Counted from the whole stretch's first letter, positions 37,201 through 52,398 are shown. The stretch: 61,742 nt of DNA, filler included, from Platydemus manokwari (GCA_037951405.1; 6 parts of 6 records of this genome joined end to end with filler, not necessarily neighbours in it); one strand, 5' to 3'. Program-made: numbers and translations. The notes: a model not told the origin generated them from the letters alone.

Positions 37201-40200
37201 AGCAATAAAATAAACAAAATTGTAATGGTTTTGATTAATTTATTTTAATAAAATAACTCAACATGTTTCCGAAATTTGATGTTTTAATGATAATTTGGAA
37301 TTATAATTCTGAAGTACCAACCTGATGGACAAAGGCCCCAAAAGGCCTTATAATTATTATTTGGAATATTTTATGGAAAATGCTAAATTATAAAAAAATG
37401 TGCTCGGTCTGTTAACAGAGAAAGAGAAAGAGAGCAGTGTTTCTCAGCACAAAATGAGAAGTGAAATTTTTCTTATGAGTTTTAATTTTTTTATGAATAA
37501 TTTGTAATGAAAAACTTGAAATCATTACATTTCATGGCTTAAATCGACATTAAGAAATATAGTCAAGTTTATTACGATTTATTTATTATTTAAATTTAAT
37601 ATTTTATTTTTATATAATTTCATATTTTGTTTCAAAATTATGCTGCCCATCAATTGTAAATTAACATGCACAATAGGCCTTCAATATTGAAAGATTAGTC
37701 CTCCCTATGATGATACAATGTAGTTTTTTATAAAAAGTTATAATATTATTGGATAAGTCATAAAAACTACGAAAATATTCATGAAAACCAAGGAAATAAG
37801 CGACACATATGCGATAAGCGCACCTTGGCGATGGCCATTCAGATTCTTCCTTTATATCAATCCATGTTGGAATTCAATAAACAACTGAAGAGTACAAACA
37901 AGTGGCCACAAACATAGAGATTCACCAGCGGCACTAGAGATACAAGAAAATTTGGTAACAGACTGACGTGTGAACGACTCTATAAAATGAAAAGTGAAGC
38001 TCTGAGATATCAAGTGAACAAGCAAGATAAACCTATAAAATGAGTTGGATTTCACAAGCATCTGCCAAGCATTTTGGTACATACTTTTATTCGGTGTGAC
38101 TTTAACATGATTTTTCTGACAACCAGTCTTTGTGGTTGTCTTCTGTTTTGCCGTTTGACTTTCTGGTTCTGATTTCATCTTGCGTGATTATGTATTGTTG
38201 ATTTATAGTGATTAAAAATATTTTTAGTGATAATTAGGATTTATAAATTATTTCTATCAACGAATTATAAATCATTATTTTCGCATAACAAGTTTTTGGG
38301 AAAATAATAGAGAAGATCGAAAATATATCAGACTTTTTATTGATGATTTACAGTAACACTAAATTACAAGTGCATAATTTACCACTTTTTGTAAGAGACA
38401 TTGTCTGAAGAAAATTATGGAATTATTAGTTATAAATTTGGGCCCAATATTTCCACAATCTATTGCTATAGATTTATCGAATAATTTTATTAATTTTAAA
38501 CTCAAATTTGGTGAAGGGCATGCAAACTTCGTTGTGGAAACTTTCTAAAAATTTTCTTGTAATTAAAAACGAAATCATATCATCGCCCTAACACCAAAAA
38601 TTGGGAGGGATAAGTCTCTGCACAAAAGCTAATATATATGTTAATATGTTATTTTTGATTGGTAATATATTTTGTTTATTATTTGTTGTGTTCATTCATA
38701 CCTACAATCTTAATTATCTGGAATTTACTACTACTGCATCTTTATTACCGTGGAGTCCGATAGTTATGGTAATAATCTCTAATAGACTTTTGGAGTCATG
38801 TCGTAAATTTGACACACACTACTTCGTAACAACCCATTAATTTCTAGATATTTTCCATTCATAACCCCAACAGAACTCGTGATATCTTATTATTGCTTAT
38901 CAATCTTAGTCACAACACATCGTTTCCAGTATCATTATTAATGTCATTTTTCATTATCATACCGAGCACCCAAGGATGTTAAATACCATACATATTTTTA
39001 TCTCATTTTGATGTTATTGGGAACTTAGAGAGGTCGATAATAATTATATCAATATGTTTCGTTTTAATAAAAATTAAGAAAAGTTTTATTTATTTGGTAA
39101 TATACTCGTTGGAACAAACGTACCATGATTTGGAAGCCACAATTCCAGTTGATAAGCTCATAAAGCAAATATCTGTTAATGTTGATGTTTCTATTTCTGC
39201 TTTATTTGGCATTTAATAATAATATTACAAATAATAATAATACAAAATTATTAGAATCAACTATTGAAGATCGATAAATCAAGAAATAAATGCTTTACGC
39301 TTTCAAAATTCTAGATTTATAGTACCTAGATATAATAACAAAAAATTTTACGATTTACGGTAACAACCGTTACTTTATTTGTTGTTTTCAGAGAGAAATT
39401 TGCAGAATAGACAATTGATTATTGGAATTTTTTATCTTATAAATTATAACATGCTCTCCACTATAATACTCTTTCAATATCTCAATATTATTATACAATA
39501 GTTTCATGAATTTTAAAAAGATTTTTCAATAAATACTTTTATTACTCTGTTTTTTGTTCTTAGATGCACACAGACACCATTTTAGATTTGTTATACTGTG
39601 AGTCTCTTATCGACATTCAATGAGTGGCTGTTTTAAAATTTGTTATTGAAACAAATATACTTTAGTAAGTACATTTTTCATTGAAAATCACTTATTTTGT
39701 GGATTTCAAAATGATAAAACAAATCACTTTCATTCCAAATAGCTGCAAATGGATAAAAATCGAACAATGCCTACTCTAATACGGAATGAGTTATCTAACC
39801 ATAAAATACTATTTGATAGATTTTGGGTTAACAAAATACCTTGTAGTGGATATTTGGGATGAAGGTAAGAAATGGGATCCTTGACCTACTTTCGTTATAA
39901 TGAATTTTTGCTCATCACAATTTTATAACTTAATTTTATATATCACTCCTATGTTTGATTTATTCGTATAATTCAGTTAATATCTCAATTTTTAAAATGA
40001 CTAATAGTGACAAAACATAGTTTTAAAACCAAGTTCCTATTCTAATCACAACACTTCTCTAAGATTATTTGATTTTTTAAATTTAAATTTTATAATTATA
40101 AACCGACATGTTAATTACAGATATGTTTAATAATATCATTGCTTATTTTTATAAAATAATTGTAAAAATTGAGAATATCTCTCAATTTGCTTCTAATGTT

Positions 40201-40992
40201 AAAAAGGGGTTCTCGCTAATTTTCAATAAATTGCAATTCGACCTGCTTTTTTCATTTTTTAAAATAATCAAATTTTGGAAGATTTTGAAGATCTAATGTA
40301 TTTAATATTTGATTTCAAACAACTAAAATACTTCTTAAGTGCTTAAATATAAAATTCAAAATGTTTTTAAAGAATATAATTATATAAACTATATAGAATT
40401 TTTCAATACACTCAAACAATTTAAAATTTCATTTAGGATCCTTTAATTTAACTTTAGCCGATATTTGTATTATGATATTTCAATTGGTTACCACGTGTTT
40501 TTTATTATCGCTTTCCTTATGAATTGTAATACAATAACCTTTACACCAATGCCGATAATCAATTCTGTATTTAATCACCATACATTGTAGTAAGTAGATT
40601 CTACTATTTCATGTTAACTTCAAAAGTTTATTGTAAAGAAGATTTGAAGTTTTGATTAAAAATTAACACAATTAGATGTAATCTCATTTTAAAATTTTAT
40701 GACATTTTAAGTAGGCTATTGTTCGCAAAAGATATGAATAATTAATATTTAGAAACCTAAATTTTGCATTACATCTTTAATATACTATTTTCCAATACCT
40801 GATAGAAAACATGTGTATTTATATTTTCTAGATTTTTCAATCTTACTTATATTTAATATTTCTTTCAAAACAATTTCTATTACTGATAATAATAATCAGT
40901 ATATTTCCGAAAAATATCATTGTTTAAAATCGAAATATTAACAAACTATCATAAACATGATAAGCATGAAGAAAATTTCGCTATATTCCACA

Positions 40993-41850
40993 TCATAAGA
41001 TTTGAAAGAAATTCTCTAATAAATATTTGGAATCGTTCATATAATCTTTTATCTTGAGGAAACTATTGAATAATATCATTGATATCACTAAATAACATGT
41101 TGGTGGAATTATTAAAACAAACGTAACTACGATTGATATAATCAACCATTTCTGAATTGTTTCCACTGTTGTTTCATAATTAAATCCTGGAATATATCGA
41201 TATAATGATGTATTATTGATCAATATATCACTATAATTGCAACTTATTGTTGTATTCCATGTTCCGAGAGAATAATATATGATTTTAATAACATAATTAT
41301 TACTATAAATAGATTGTTTGGCATATTGTGCTTTATCTGTCAATTGTAGATGTGGTCTAATGAATGATAATTTGACGGAACATGAGATAAAAATTTTATC
41401 ACCAATATGAAAATTCGATTGATCGAAAGGATTTTTATAATTATAAACATTCAACCATAATTTGGTAATATTGATCTTGATCGTATATTGGAATTGTTTC
41501 GAACTATCCTGACAAACCCAATTGGTACTTGTTAAAGGATAGATGATAAATTCAATGAATGAAGTCTCTAAATGAGAATGACATTTAAACAATGGATTGG
41601 CCAGCTTAATCTTACAAAGTAGGTCGATCTCATATTGTTTGCCATCGGAATAAAATTGAATGATTGCATTTTCAGAGACATTTCTGACGATTTTAATCAT
41701 GAAAACTTCTCCGATTTGATAATCTCGATCATTGATAGTATATTTGATAGTCAACAATTCATTTGAAAACAATAATAACACCAATAATAAAATAAGCATT
41801 ATTGTAACATTAATCGATGAAATTATCATTGATTTGCATTGATTTTTCAA
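40993..41850 (-). CDS. Intronless type I membrane protein with probable two Ig-like domains (true start probably an ATG slightly downstream of the TTG)
   Basis: 285-codon ORF in very AT-rich DNA; signal MLILLLVLLLFS; IGEVFMIKI..NWVCQD and IGDKIFISCSV..P.L..TTISC Ig-like strands; TM WLIISIVVTFVLIIPPTCYLVISMILF; short tail. Confidence 0.7.
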   Translation of the reverse strand: MKNQCKSMIISSINVTIMLILLLVLLLFSNELLTIKYTINDRDYQIGEVFMIKIVRNVSENAIIQFYSDGKQYEIDLLCKIKLANPLFKCHSHLETSFIEFIIYPLTSTNWVCQDSSKQFQYTIKINITKLWLNVYNYKNPFDQSNFHIGDKIFISCSVKLSFIRPHLQLTDKAQYAKQSIYSNNYVIKIIYYSLGTWNTTISCNYSDILINNTSLYRYIPGFNYETTVETIQKWLIISIVVTFVLIIPPTCYLVISMILFNSFLKIKDYMNDSKYLLENFFQIL

Positions 41851-42919
41851 ATAAAAATTTAAATTACAATTTTAGAATTTGATGTTTGATCCTTTCTAAT
41901 TATTTCTACGATATTAATATTCTGACTTTAAAAGAAATCGAATAAGAAGTTTTGAAGACATAAAAGTAAAATTTTATTTTTTTTGGTTTACATTATTAAT
42001 AAATTAATGATAAATGGCATAATTTTTACATTTAAAAGATAAACATTGTCTTGGTATTGCCATTAGTCTGTCGATTAATATTATTAAAGAATATCATTGA
42101 TATAAAACCAAAATGTACGCGGCTTAAATATTCATAATATTAATAATTCACAGGTTTTGTAATATTATTTGTGTTATGAGTTAACGATGGCAAAAGAATT
42201 TTAGAGTTAATAAAAAATGAGTGAGACAGTCTATAAAAGGAATAATAAATATAAACGTGGAAGAATTAATTTAGATGAAGAATAATAATATATTTTATAA
42301 TATATTTTCAGAATAAGCAAAATATTAACATTGAACAGAAATTCAGGTGCAATAAAGAAAAATAATGTGAATGAATAAATATGTGTATATAAGTTTAAAC
42401 ACTAAAATAAAAAAAACATCAAAAATCTTTAAGATACTGACAGAACATCCTTAAGTAGGGTTTTTGGGAACCCGCTGAGAAATTTATATTGCAATTTTTC
42501 AATCAATATGTTAGTGAAATATTGCTCTTCAGTGACCAGGGCCAAAAAAGAAATTGAAATAAATAGGACTTTTAAATAAAGAATAAGATCCTTATGATTA
42601 CATTTCACAATTAATTAGTTCAAAATGCCGAAATTGCCAGACTGACAAAACAACACTTGAAAGTAAACTCGGTTCCAATTTACTAGATGTAAGCTGTCGT
42701 AAATTTGGAGATACCAAGTGATATAAGAGCCAACGCCGGACAACCGCAAATAACCATTTAAAAAGAACGAGAATCATACAGAAGAAAATTCAATTCAGCA
42801 TAACGATCTTCAATAAAGTCTATTTTCCGATAACAAATCTTTATAAAATTGAACTTAAGACGTCTATCTGTTTTTTGCAAATTAATTAACCAAAATAGAT
42901 ACAGATTGTAACTATTTAT

Positions 42920-43019
42920 NNNNNNNNNNNNNNNNNNNNNNNNNNNNNNNNNNNNNNNNNNNNTTAATTAATTAANNNNNNNNNNNNNNNNNNNNNNNNN
43001 NNNNNNNNNNNNNNNNNNN
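42920..43019. other. Artificial contig spacer
   Basis: 44N-TTAATTAATTAA-44N. Confidence 0.98.
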
Positions 43020-43573
43020 AATCAGCAAGTTCAGATATTGGTAATATTCTCCCCTCCTTCATATTTTTTATTGGTAATAATTTTTCTATATATCTTCATT
43101 TTTCTTCTATATATCATCTAGATAACTTCGCAATATCTCCGTTACATATATTCTATATTTCCCCCTTCTCTTCCGTAGTTCTATGTCATTGATATTCTCA
43201 GAATCGAATCCAAATGTGTGGTCACCATGTTTGCCGGTACCATTTTATAAAGCACACTTTGAAAACGAGATAAAAAGTTATGACGCCAATTTGTATTTTA
43301 ATAATTTTTTAGTAAAATTATTGTTTCAGTTCATTATCGAATTAGAGTCTGAATGCTTCTTTGATTTCATCACATTGATCAATAATGAGAACGAACTCTT
43401 TTGACCTCTTTAAAAACTTGCTTTTGAGTATTATTATTGTTCTGGGAATTTGATTTAGGTTTTGCAATGTGATCTTAAGTTATTTTCAAATCATTATTTT
43501 AAGTCTTTGATCTTGTTTTCAGGTACATTTTCTATGAAATTATGACACTTCTAAAAGTTTTTTCTGTTTAAAT

Positions 43574-43942
43574 CAGTGGTTCTCAACCCGGGGTCGCGAC
43601 CCCAAATGGTGTCGGCAAGCATTTTTAAAGGGGTTGCCGAATTATGGTAGTTGTACAAACCATTACTTGTGAAAAATCGTGTTTTATGATGCTGTTAAAT
43701 AAATATTTTGTAATGCTACTGTTCACAACTACTTCTGTTCACAATTACCTTGACTACTGATGTTAAGTATTTTATAGGTAATGTTATTATCTGATAATCT
43801 TATTATTATAGATAATTCATTACTTGTTGTAAATCAATGAAATGCTGCAAATTGGTTTTATTAAATATGATTAATTATGAATTATCTTTAGTAATGTTGG
43901 TTCTCTTTGGGATCATCATAGAAAAAAGGTTGAGAACCGCTG
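43574..43942. mobile_element. Non-autonomous hAT (Buster/SPIN-type) MITE, 369 bp
   Basis: TIRs CAGTGGTTCTCAACC / GGTTGAGAACCGCTG (1 mismatch); perfect 8-bp TSD GTTTAAAT with central TA. Confidence 0.93.
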
Positions 43943-45495
43943 GTTTAAATCATTTCAAAATTAGCTTTCTGATTGAGGCATTCAATAATTTTTATTAACC
44001 AATTAAATTATGAAATACCTTTTTTTCCTTTACATATTTATCACCGTCACAGATTATTTTTCGTGCTGTCATTTTACGATCTGCAATGTAAATTTACTCT
44101 ACTCGAAACTCAATCTTATACCAATTAAATAACTTCTCATAATTGACTAGTGTATTTGAAATAATTTTATACCATCTCATTTTTACGTTTCCCACATAAT
44201 GATACAATAAAATTTTAAATGGGCGAGATCTTTCTTAGAAAATTATATTGATAATCCAAATGATTTTGTTACACCTTAGAGATAATTTGGATTTTAGTGG
44301 GTCAACGTTTGAAATAAAAGATACAGATCGGTTAGTAATTATAGTTTTGTGCTTTATATAAGTTTATTTCAGTAAATCCTGACCACTTATTTGCTAAAAA
44401 TGGATGTAATAATGTTTAATTAAAATCTTTTATTTTTTATAAAAATATCCCTTTTATTTTTTTGTGGTTAAATATAATTTTTTTTATAATCATGTTTTAT
44501 AATAATAATTATTATTATATTATAAATCAATAAATTAAGTCTTTTTGCTATATAAACATTTTATATGACCAGGATAAAAATAATATTTTAAAATCAATAT
44601 TAAGCTCATTTCAATATTTTCTGAAGAACAAAATGATTTTTATCTGATGTCAATTTTCACTCTCATATTTTGCTGAGAATATTTTATCACATTATCATGG
44701 CATTACATATTTGTTCCAAAGACTTTGAAATATTTTATCCCATTTTAATATGATATTTAGCTATTGTCAGTACAGCGAATTAATAAATTGTAAGAGTTAC
44801 ATCATTGACATTTTCAGATATAATATTTATTTAAAAAACTAAACTAATCCGCCAATCACTTATTTCAACAAATACAACGCGTTTGTTTATTTAACCACGT
44901 TACTGTAAGAATTCAATATATTCATCATATATAATGATTGTTTTTGTAATGTAAATCACGTATTTACATTCGATTTAATTTAATTTTCATTGGATGATCC
45001 ATGACCTTAAAGTATTTTGGAAGCTGCTCTTATATTTCTTACTAAGCTCGATTATAATATTGGTGAACTTAGATAATCAATCATTGAGCATTCAATATGA
45101 ATTATATTGGATTTATGGAGCAGTCTTCATTTACAAATGGCAGAAAAATTAAATAAAATCGATTTGGGTAAGTCAGCAATAAACCATTGATCTTCTTCTT
45201 CCTTTTTATTACTTGGCTCACATTTTATTTTACGTATTATTTTCTTTTCCTCAATGTTCTGCTATTTTACTAGATGTTTTAGTCAATAGTTTATCTTTAT
45301 TTATTTATTAGCCAAAACATTGTTTCAAAAAACTGAGAATGTCAATTGATTTTCTCTTGGATTATTTGAGATATTCGGGGTAATCTCTGTTAAATCGATA
45401 TCAAATATTTGTATGTCATTTCCTGTTGAAAAATAAATGCGTAAAAATCACGATACACAATTTTCAACATTGTAAATTGATTTGATTTTTCATAG

Positions 45496-45840
45496 ATTCG
45501 CGGATACATGTCGTGCTTTAATAATGTTAATCCATTTCATCGTGCCTCAATTCATTGTACTGCGTGTTCTCAGAGGGTTGGTATTTGTATATTTTAAATA
45601 TACACAGTGTTCTATATTGCTTTTATATAAATAGGTTCTTGATGGCTTTACAAAAGACGGTTTCGAATTCTTGTTGAAAGTTTTCAATGATCCTGATTAT
45701 TTGGAAGAAGTCACAGGACTTAAGGATTTACAAAATTCGATCGATTTTGATTGTGTAAATTACTTATTCACTGAATTACTTGGTAATAATTAGTTCAGGT
45801 TACCGCACTGACGGACAGTGACGAAGATTATGACAAATGA
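45496..45840 (+). CDS. ATG7: ATG7 C-terminal three exons only (45496-45576, 45635-45754, 45799-45840)
   Basis: IRGYMSCFNNV..CTACSQRVLDGFTKDGFEFLLKVFNDPDYLEEVTGL..SDEDYDK* matches the ATG7 C-terminus (IRGFLS..CTACS..GFNFL.KVFN..LEDLTGL). Introns of 58 and 44 nt. Absent from the ORF track. Confidence 0.85.
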
Positions 45841-47077
45841 TTTGCAAATTCTTAATTTAATTGATAGTACTATTTACAATAAATAATTTAATTTGTCGAT
45901 AGTGCCTTTTTTTTAACTTTACTTTCACCATAGATTTTTTATAATTATTAATATTATTATTATTATTAATATTATTTTTAACTTTACAAATTCAATATTT
46001 TAAGGTGATTAAATAGATCGTAAGTTTATGACTGAAAGGCTTGTTATAGCGTGGTGTTTATTTATAATATTACCTAAGATTATTGATTTTTGAGGACGGT
46101 ATTTGATTCGTCTCTTCGCTTGTCTACTTGTGTGGTTATTTATTTTAATGAAATTAACTTTTTGGTTTATCATGATTCTAATTGGCCGATTGAGTGTCTG
46201 TAAGTTGTTGCATGTAACTTATATAATCAATGGTTCCCAAGGTGTCCAATGTCAGATTCTTAAAAACTCAACTATACAATAAGAATTAACAAAGTGCAAT
46301 AAAATTTATGTTTACTCTGATTAAAAAATTCGTTGAGTTTGAAAATCAATTTTTTGAGTTAGCCGATTTATAAAAGTTAATTAATTTCCGAACCAACCTA
46401 ACTATTTCAATTTATTTTTATTCGTATGATTTGATCTTTAAAAATGATTTTCATGTTTAAAACCGATGACTGAATTAAAAATAATGTCAAAAAACACTAT
46501 AAATAAAAAAACTGTTAATGAACCATCAATAAATTACTTCAAAATAATTTTGTGTAATATATATGTAATCTGGATAATTTTTATTTGCCATTCCTGCAAT
46601 AATTAACGAATGTGCCAGATATTTAAATTCAAAATAGCTTTATTATCAAGCTCATTAATAAAGTCTAATTGATTTAACAATAAACCTTTAGTCAAAAGAA
46701 GATATTTATTCGATTTCTTTCACTAATATATCTTATCTAAATGTCACCAAACATAAAAACTTAAAATTTAAGAAATAAAAAATTTTTTTTATAAATAAAT
46801 TTCCTTCTAAGTCTAAGTGACCTAAATAAAATTTAAAGTTTATCATACAATTCTTTTTCTTATTATTTCGTGATCTTAGATGTATTAGATGCACTTTTTC
46901 TTCCAAATATTTTTTGAATATAATTAATCTTTATGAAATTTCAAATTTTCATTTACAGAAATAGGCTAATGATAGGAATTATTTATATATTAATATTATG
47001 CAAGAGTGGCTATTTGTTTAAAACTGTTATAAAGAAATGCAGTAATTTTGAATTCTCAATTTTTAAATTATTAAGTT

Positions 47078-47855
47078 ATGTCAGTAATTGCATATTTCCT
47101 TGGTAAAATAAAGTATAAGGAAGCATATTCTTTGCAAAAACAAATTGTCAAACTGTCTTTAGATTTCAGCGCGCATAGAAAATTCAATACTATATTGTTA
47201 TTAGAGCATTTTCCAGTTTATACAGTTGGAATTCGAAATAGTGATACAACAACAGATTATTCAGATTCATATACTAAACACTTGACTTCAACTGGTGCTG
47301 ATTTTGTAAAGTAAACTCTTTATGAATTTGTTAGACATAATTACGCCATTTTCTTGCAGAACTGATCGAGGAGGATTAATTACATTTCACGGGCCAGGAC
47401 AACTTGTAGCATACCCAATTTTAAATTTAAAATCAGAAGGTTTTAAAAACAGTTCCCGTTGGTATGTGGAAACCCTGGAAAATACAATAATCGATACTTG
47501 TTTATCGTTTGGATTGAAAGCTAAACGTACAAATGACATTGGTATATGGGTTTCCGAACATCGTAAAATAGCATCAATCGGTATTCATAAACGATTATCC
47601 ATTACCTATCATGGAATGGCGCTCAATTGCGATGTGGATTTAAAATGGTTCAATAACATCGTTGCGTGCGGTTTGGTTGGCAAATCGATGACATCGTTGT
47701 CGGTTGAATTGGGTAAACGAATTTCAGTTCGTGATGCATGTGAGAATTTCTTGAAATCTTTCGAAAATAATTTCGGTCGCAAAGTTGACTACATTGATTT
47801 ATCAAACGGTGACAAGTCTGAGATTGAATCACTAAAATCGGAAAATGTATGCTAA
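47078..47855 (+). CDS. LIPT2: Octanoyltransferase / lipoyltransferase 2 (LipB-like), 2 exons (47078-47310, 47360-47855), 242 aa
   Basis: LLLEHFPVYTVGIR, TDRGGLITFHGPGQLVAYPI, KIASIG, HGMALN, IVACG; 49-nt phase-2 GT-AG intron. Confidence 0.96.
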
Positions 47856-50379
47856 ATTCGCAGCAGTTATTTTTGAGATTTTTTTAATCTAAGCACCAGT
47901 CGATGAATTTGTATTTTGTTGATTTATTGATTTTGATGTTTCACGGGAAACGGTTGAACCAGGAGTTGTTTTGATAACGATAATCAATGGATTCATAGAT
48001 AAATTACGAATGTGTGATTGTTGGAAATGTAATTTATTGATGTAGTTTTAGGTGTCACCCTTTTTTGTTAAATCTTGACCAGTGAAGTTGGCATGGTGAT
48101 TAAAATCTTCGGTTTGCGTTTAGCAATAATTTGTTGGATCTCGCGTTTCAACAGAGTGATAAGGGTTATCTTTTAAATCTTTGAAACCGATATGTCGAGT
48201 ACTGACGTAACTGTTGATCTTAAGCAGTCAATTTTTCTTGGGTTATCAGAGTCAGAAGTATCCTCTGTGGTTAGAGTTATGAATGGTTCTTTACAGGGCT
48301 CTCTTCAATCCATTCTCTTGAATCAAGGAACTTTAGCTCGTTGTCTTTCATCGTGATATATTCAGATCAAGATAAAATATTCCTTTTTGATTTTACCTTT
48401 GTTAAAGTTGCTTTTTATAGCAGGTATTTCTAGTGGGTGGTTTTGATATCAATACGAGTTTTATTGATCACGTGATAAAACAAAATTATTGGTCTATGAT
48501 CTACTTTGGTGATTAATTATAGAATATTTATCTACAATTAAATATCAATATCTTTTTGTTATGGATACACCTCAGCGTATTTTCACACAAAACATTGTAC
48601 AGTCCAGTCAACCAAGTCTCGGAATTCCAATTTAATCTAACTAAACGCTATAATCACTTCAAAAGTCGTCAATTTCGAATTAGTCAGTTGTACCCATGAA
48701 GACATTGATTAAAATTTTTATAAATAAAATATTGAATAATTTGGTATTTTGTGAATTTTTATTTTTGATTTTTACAACAATAATGTGGAAAACAGGATTT
48801 AATGTGAATATGTTTTAGTTTATTATTTTTTCTCAACATTTAAGAAACGCCAGTATAATAAGCAATTTTAATCAATTTAAACAACGTTATTGAATTAAAT
48901 TGAAGAATTTATTTTAATTTGATAAATATCAATAATAATCATATAAAAAGGTGTACATGTCAAAATGATGAGATAATTATCTGAACTAATTTATATGGTT
49001 ATATCCATTATATGACTCCATATATTATAATTTGCGTTAGTGTTCCCTTACCATATCACTCTTATAAATAATGGTTATTGAAGCTAATAATCATAACTTC
49101 AGTGATAAAATTTTAATATAAATAAAATCAAGATAAAACAAGAAATATAAAATAAAAATATATTAAAGTTAACAAATGAATTTTATTAACACTAGTAATG
49201 CAAGCAACATATGTGCTGATCAATGTGTCGACTAATGGCGTGAGTGTCTTATAAGTTTAAAAAATAACAGATATATGCAAGCTAAAGATACTTATATGAT
49301 TTTAGAACAGGGATGCAACCCTATAGGTAAAGGTTTGTTCCTTTCATCGAAAAAGAATTACTTGTTTCCAATTCCTGTTTTCTTATCAAAAATTCTTTGA
49401 TAAGAGATAATAATGATACGGATTGATCTGTTTCCTGACGAATAAGTTTTCGTAGTGATTCATGTCAAAGATAGCTGTTCTTGAGATTACTATTTCTGAA
49501 TGCTATGAGTCATCTTGAGTCTCACGTTGCAGATAATTTATTGAATATCAAAAGACAACAGTATAATATAATACAGTAAGTATGTAAAATGTGAAGATAG
49601 AAATTTAACTATGAATTCATGAACTATTGTTTTGCACTCCAATATTATTGGTTGCTTCCTTTTATACTACTTCGGTTTATGTTTCTGTCAATGTTCTTTG
49701 TTTAGCATCATGATTGGTCATTGTATTTTCTCCTTGTATTGTGTCTTGTTTTCACCATGTTTTCTAAATTGGATTTTTTTCAAGAACGATTATTAATTGA
49801 TTTTTTGACCATTATAGAAATAGAAGCGCAATTTTTGAAACCTTTTATTATTTTGTATTTTATTATTTATTATCATTATTTAATTATTATAATTATTTAT
49901 AATGCTATTTATAAATTATCTTACAAATCCACAACAAATGAAAGTGCGAATTAAAATAAAAGGACAATAACAGAGATAATTACAATAAATGAAATGGTTC
50001 CAATTGCTCATTCAAATGCGTTTTGATAAATCAAGGGAATTTCACGTGAAACTGATGTTTAACGAAATGGAGATTATATACACAGAATAGAAATGCAGTG
50101 AGCAGAAGTTACAAACGTCAACACATGATGTTTAATATAACACAAATAAGTTCTTATTCATGTCAATTCAGTAGGGAGTAATTTTATTTTTTACAAGTTT
50201 AGAACACATGACAATTATTTATAGTATTTATTGCTATTATGTGGAGGCACTAGAAGATAATTTTCAGAAAAAACATCGGATATGTTGATTGTTTACAGGA
50301 AAATTCATAAAATTATAAAATAATTTGCCTATTTCAAAAGTAAAAACTGCTATATGTAAGAACTCTCATCCTGATCATT

Positions 50380-50600
50380 GACATTGACCGAGCACATATA
50401 TTACGACACAATAACTCACACATAACAAATGACCAATCCAGAATACACAAAATCTGTATTTTGAGAACTAAGAGATTAAATCAATATGCGATACAAAAAT
50501 TGCACAAAGATTTCAAGCAAAAATAATGATGTAAAGATGACCAGCTGCCATTTGGATAATAAGTTTGATGTTGTTGTTTATTATTGATTACCAAGCGTTT
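50380..50600 (-). repeat. Dispersed repeat, inverted diverged copy of about 16170-16400
   Basis: See 16170-16400; the copies are on different contigs. Confidence 0.6.
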
Positions 50601-52322
50601 TGTTGAGTTTAGAATAATCTTGGATCCAAAATGATCATTACTTTTTTGAGAAGTACATATTACAACCTTCGATTCTTTTGAACCGCTAACACATTATTAG
50701 GTTTTACTTTACAACGTTCAATTATTATTTATCAATGAATAAGAGAATTGGTAAATTCAATAAAATCTCTAAATTTTTTAACCTATTTTAGATCAAATTT
50801 TCGTAATCAATAATAAGGTTAACTTTTTGTATTCATTAATGGATTAAATTTTCTTGTTATCAGAATAAGAGATAAATAATACTGCAGGTCTAATGCTACT
50901 TAATACATCAAAACACTCTCACAGCCACATGTCATGACGTTTCCAATAATTTAATATAGATTTGATAGAATATTTTACCAGGGCACATTTCATCTTAGAA
51001 AAATAGTTATTCGAAAGTAAAACATAATCAAATAACTAAAGATGGAATCAGTAATTGAGGATAAATTTACTGCTGCATACTTAAGTGACGCGATGATATT
51101 TTCAAGCCGCAAAAAGGTTAATTTAAATCGATACATTAATAATATGAAGTAAAAAAGTGACTTGTAAGTGATGGAATGATTTATTGAAAGTTTATTAATA
51201 GTGTGGATAATCGAACTCTGATCTGTATATACATATAAATACAGGATAAAATAATAAAAATTTTACAATTTCATAACTATTTTACGAAATTTTATAATTT
51301 TTTATTTGGGTTATAATATGAACGTGTAATCAATATAAATTGAGATTTGTTACTCAAGGCGTTTTACGTGATGATGTAAAAAACAGTCAAATCGAGCTGT
51401 CCTTGTTCGAAAAACCAGGTTGCTTTGTCTAGCAATGAAAACAACAAAGACAAGCAAGTAAAGAAAATCAGTGACTTTGTAGCAGCCCATAAAGAGTTCG
51501 GAAACCAAGACAGTGTAATTATAAAACCTAGCTATCTATTTATAATTTTACACAAAACTTAATAGAGAAATTTTGCTACTTTGTTTTGCGAAAAGTTGAC
51601 TAAGCACAAAATTGGTACAGTTTCATACCAATTGTATATACTATTCATATATTCATACCAATCGAGTATACTATTTGGAAGTATTAGAAGCTGAAGCGCG
51701 CTATCCAAGACCAATTCGGAAATTACATTTACTAATAGTCAAATCCACATTATCCAAATGAAAAACTACCCCAGTCTCTGATATTTCCTGCTCTTTCAAC
51801 TGTAATCGTTACAGCGTCTATTCCATTTATATGCAATCACCTCCATGATTTCACATTGTTATTATATAGGACAATGAGATATGATATAAAAAACAAAGAT
51901 TAATAAAAATTACTTAAAATAAATTCAAAAAACTAGAATTACCAAAAATAAAGTAACTCAAAACATTAATCGAATTACCATCAAAATAGAATGACAATCC
52001 TATTTAGGAATTATAAAATACATGATAAGCTAAATCAGAAAAAAGTATATTAATGCCTTGAGAAAACAAGAAAATGCATAAAAATGTATACTACATTTTT
52101 TGAATATATTGTAGTTGAATTAGCTACATGATTCTTTGTTTCCGCTAAATCGTGCGCAACTTGCCAACTGTGCGCAATATTAATTGGTTATTTTATCTGT
52201 CAATTTACCATTTTAACTTTTTAAAATTCTTATTACTTACAAGCCTTAATTAAATGATTTTGAATCTATCATTTATAATATTTTATTAAATAAAATTATC
52301 GTAAAATATAATTATATTATTT

Positions 52323-52324
<2 letters not shown>

Positions 52325-52398
<74 letters not shown>
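52325..52398. repeat. (TAT)n microsatellite at contig end
   Basis: Perfect trinucleotide run of about 24 units abutting the spacer. Confidence 0.95.

Noticed and set aside
38601-39870. Possible small spliced genes on plus
   Set aside because: No consistent open spliced frame or motif found.
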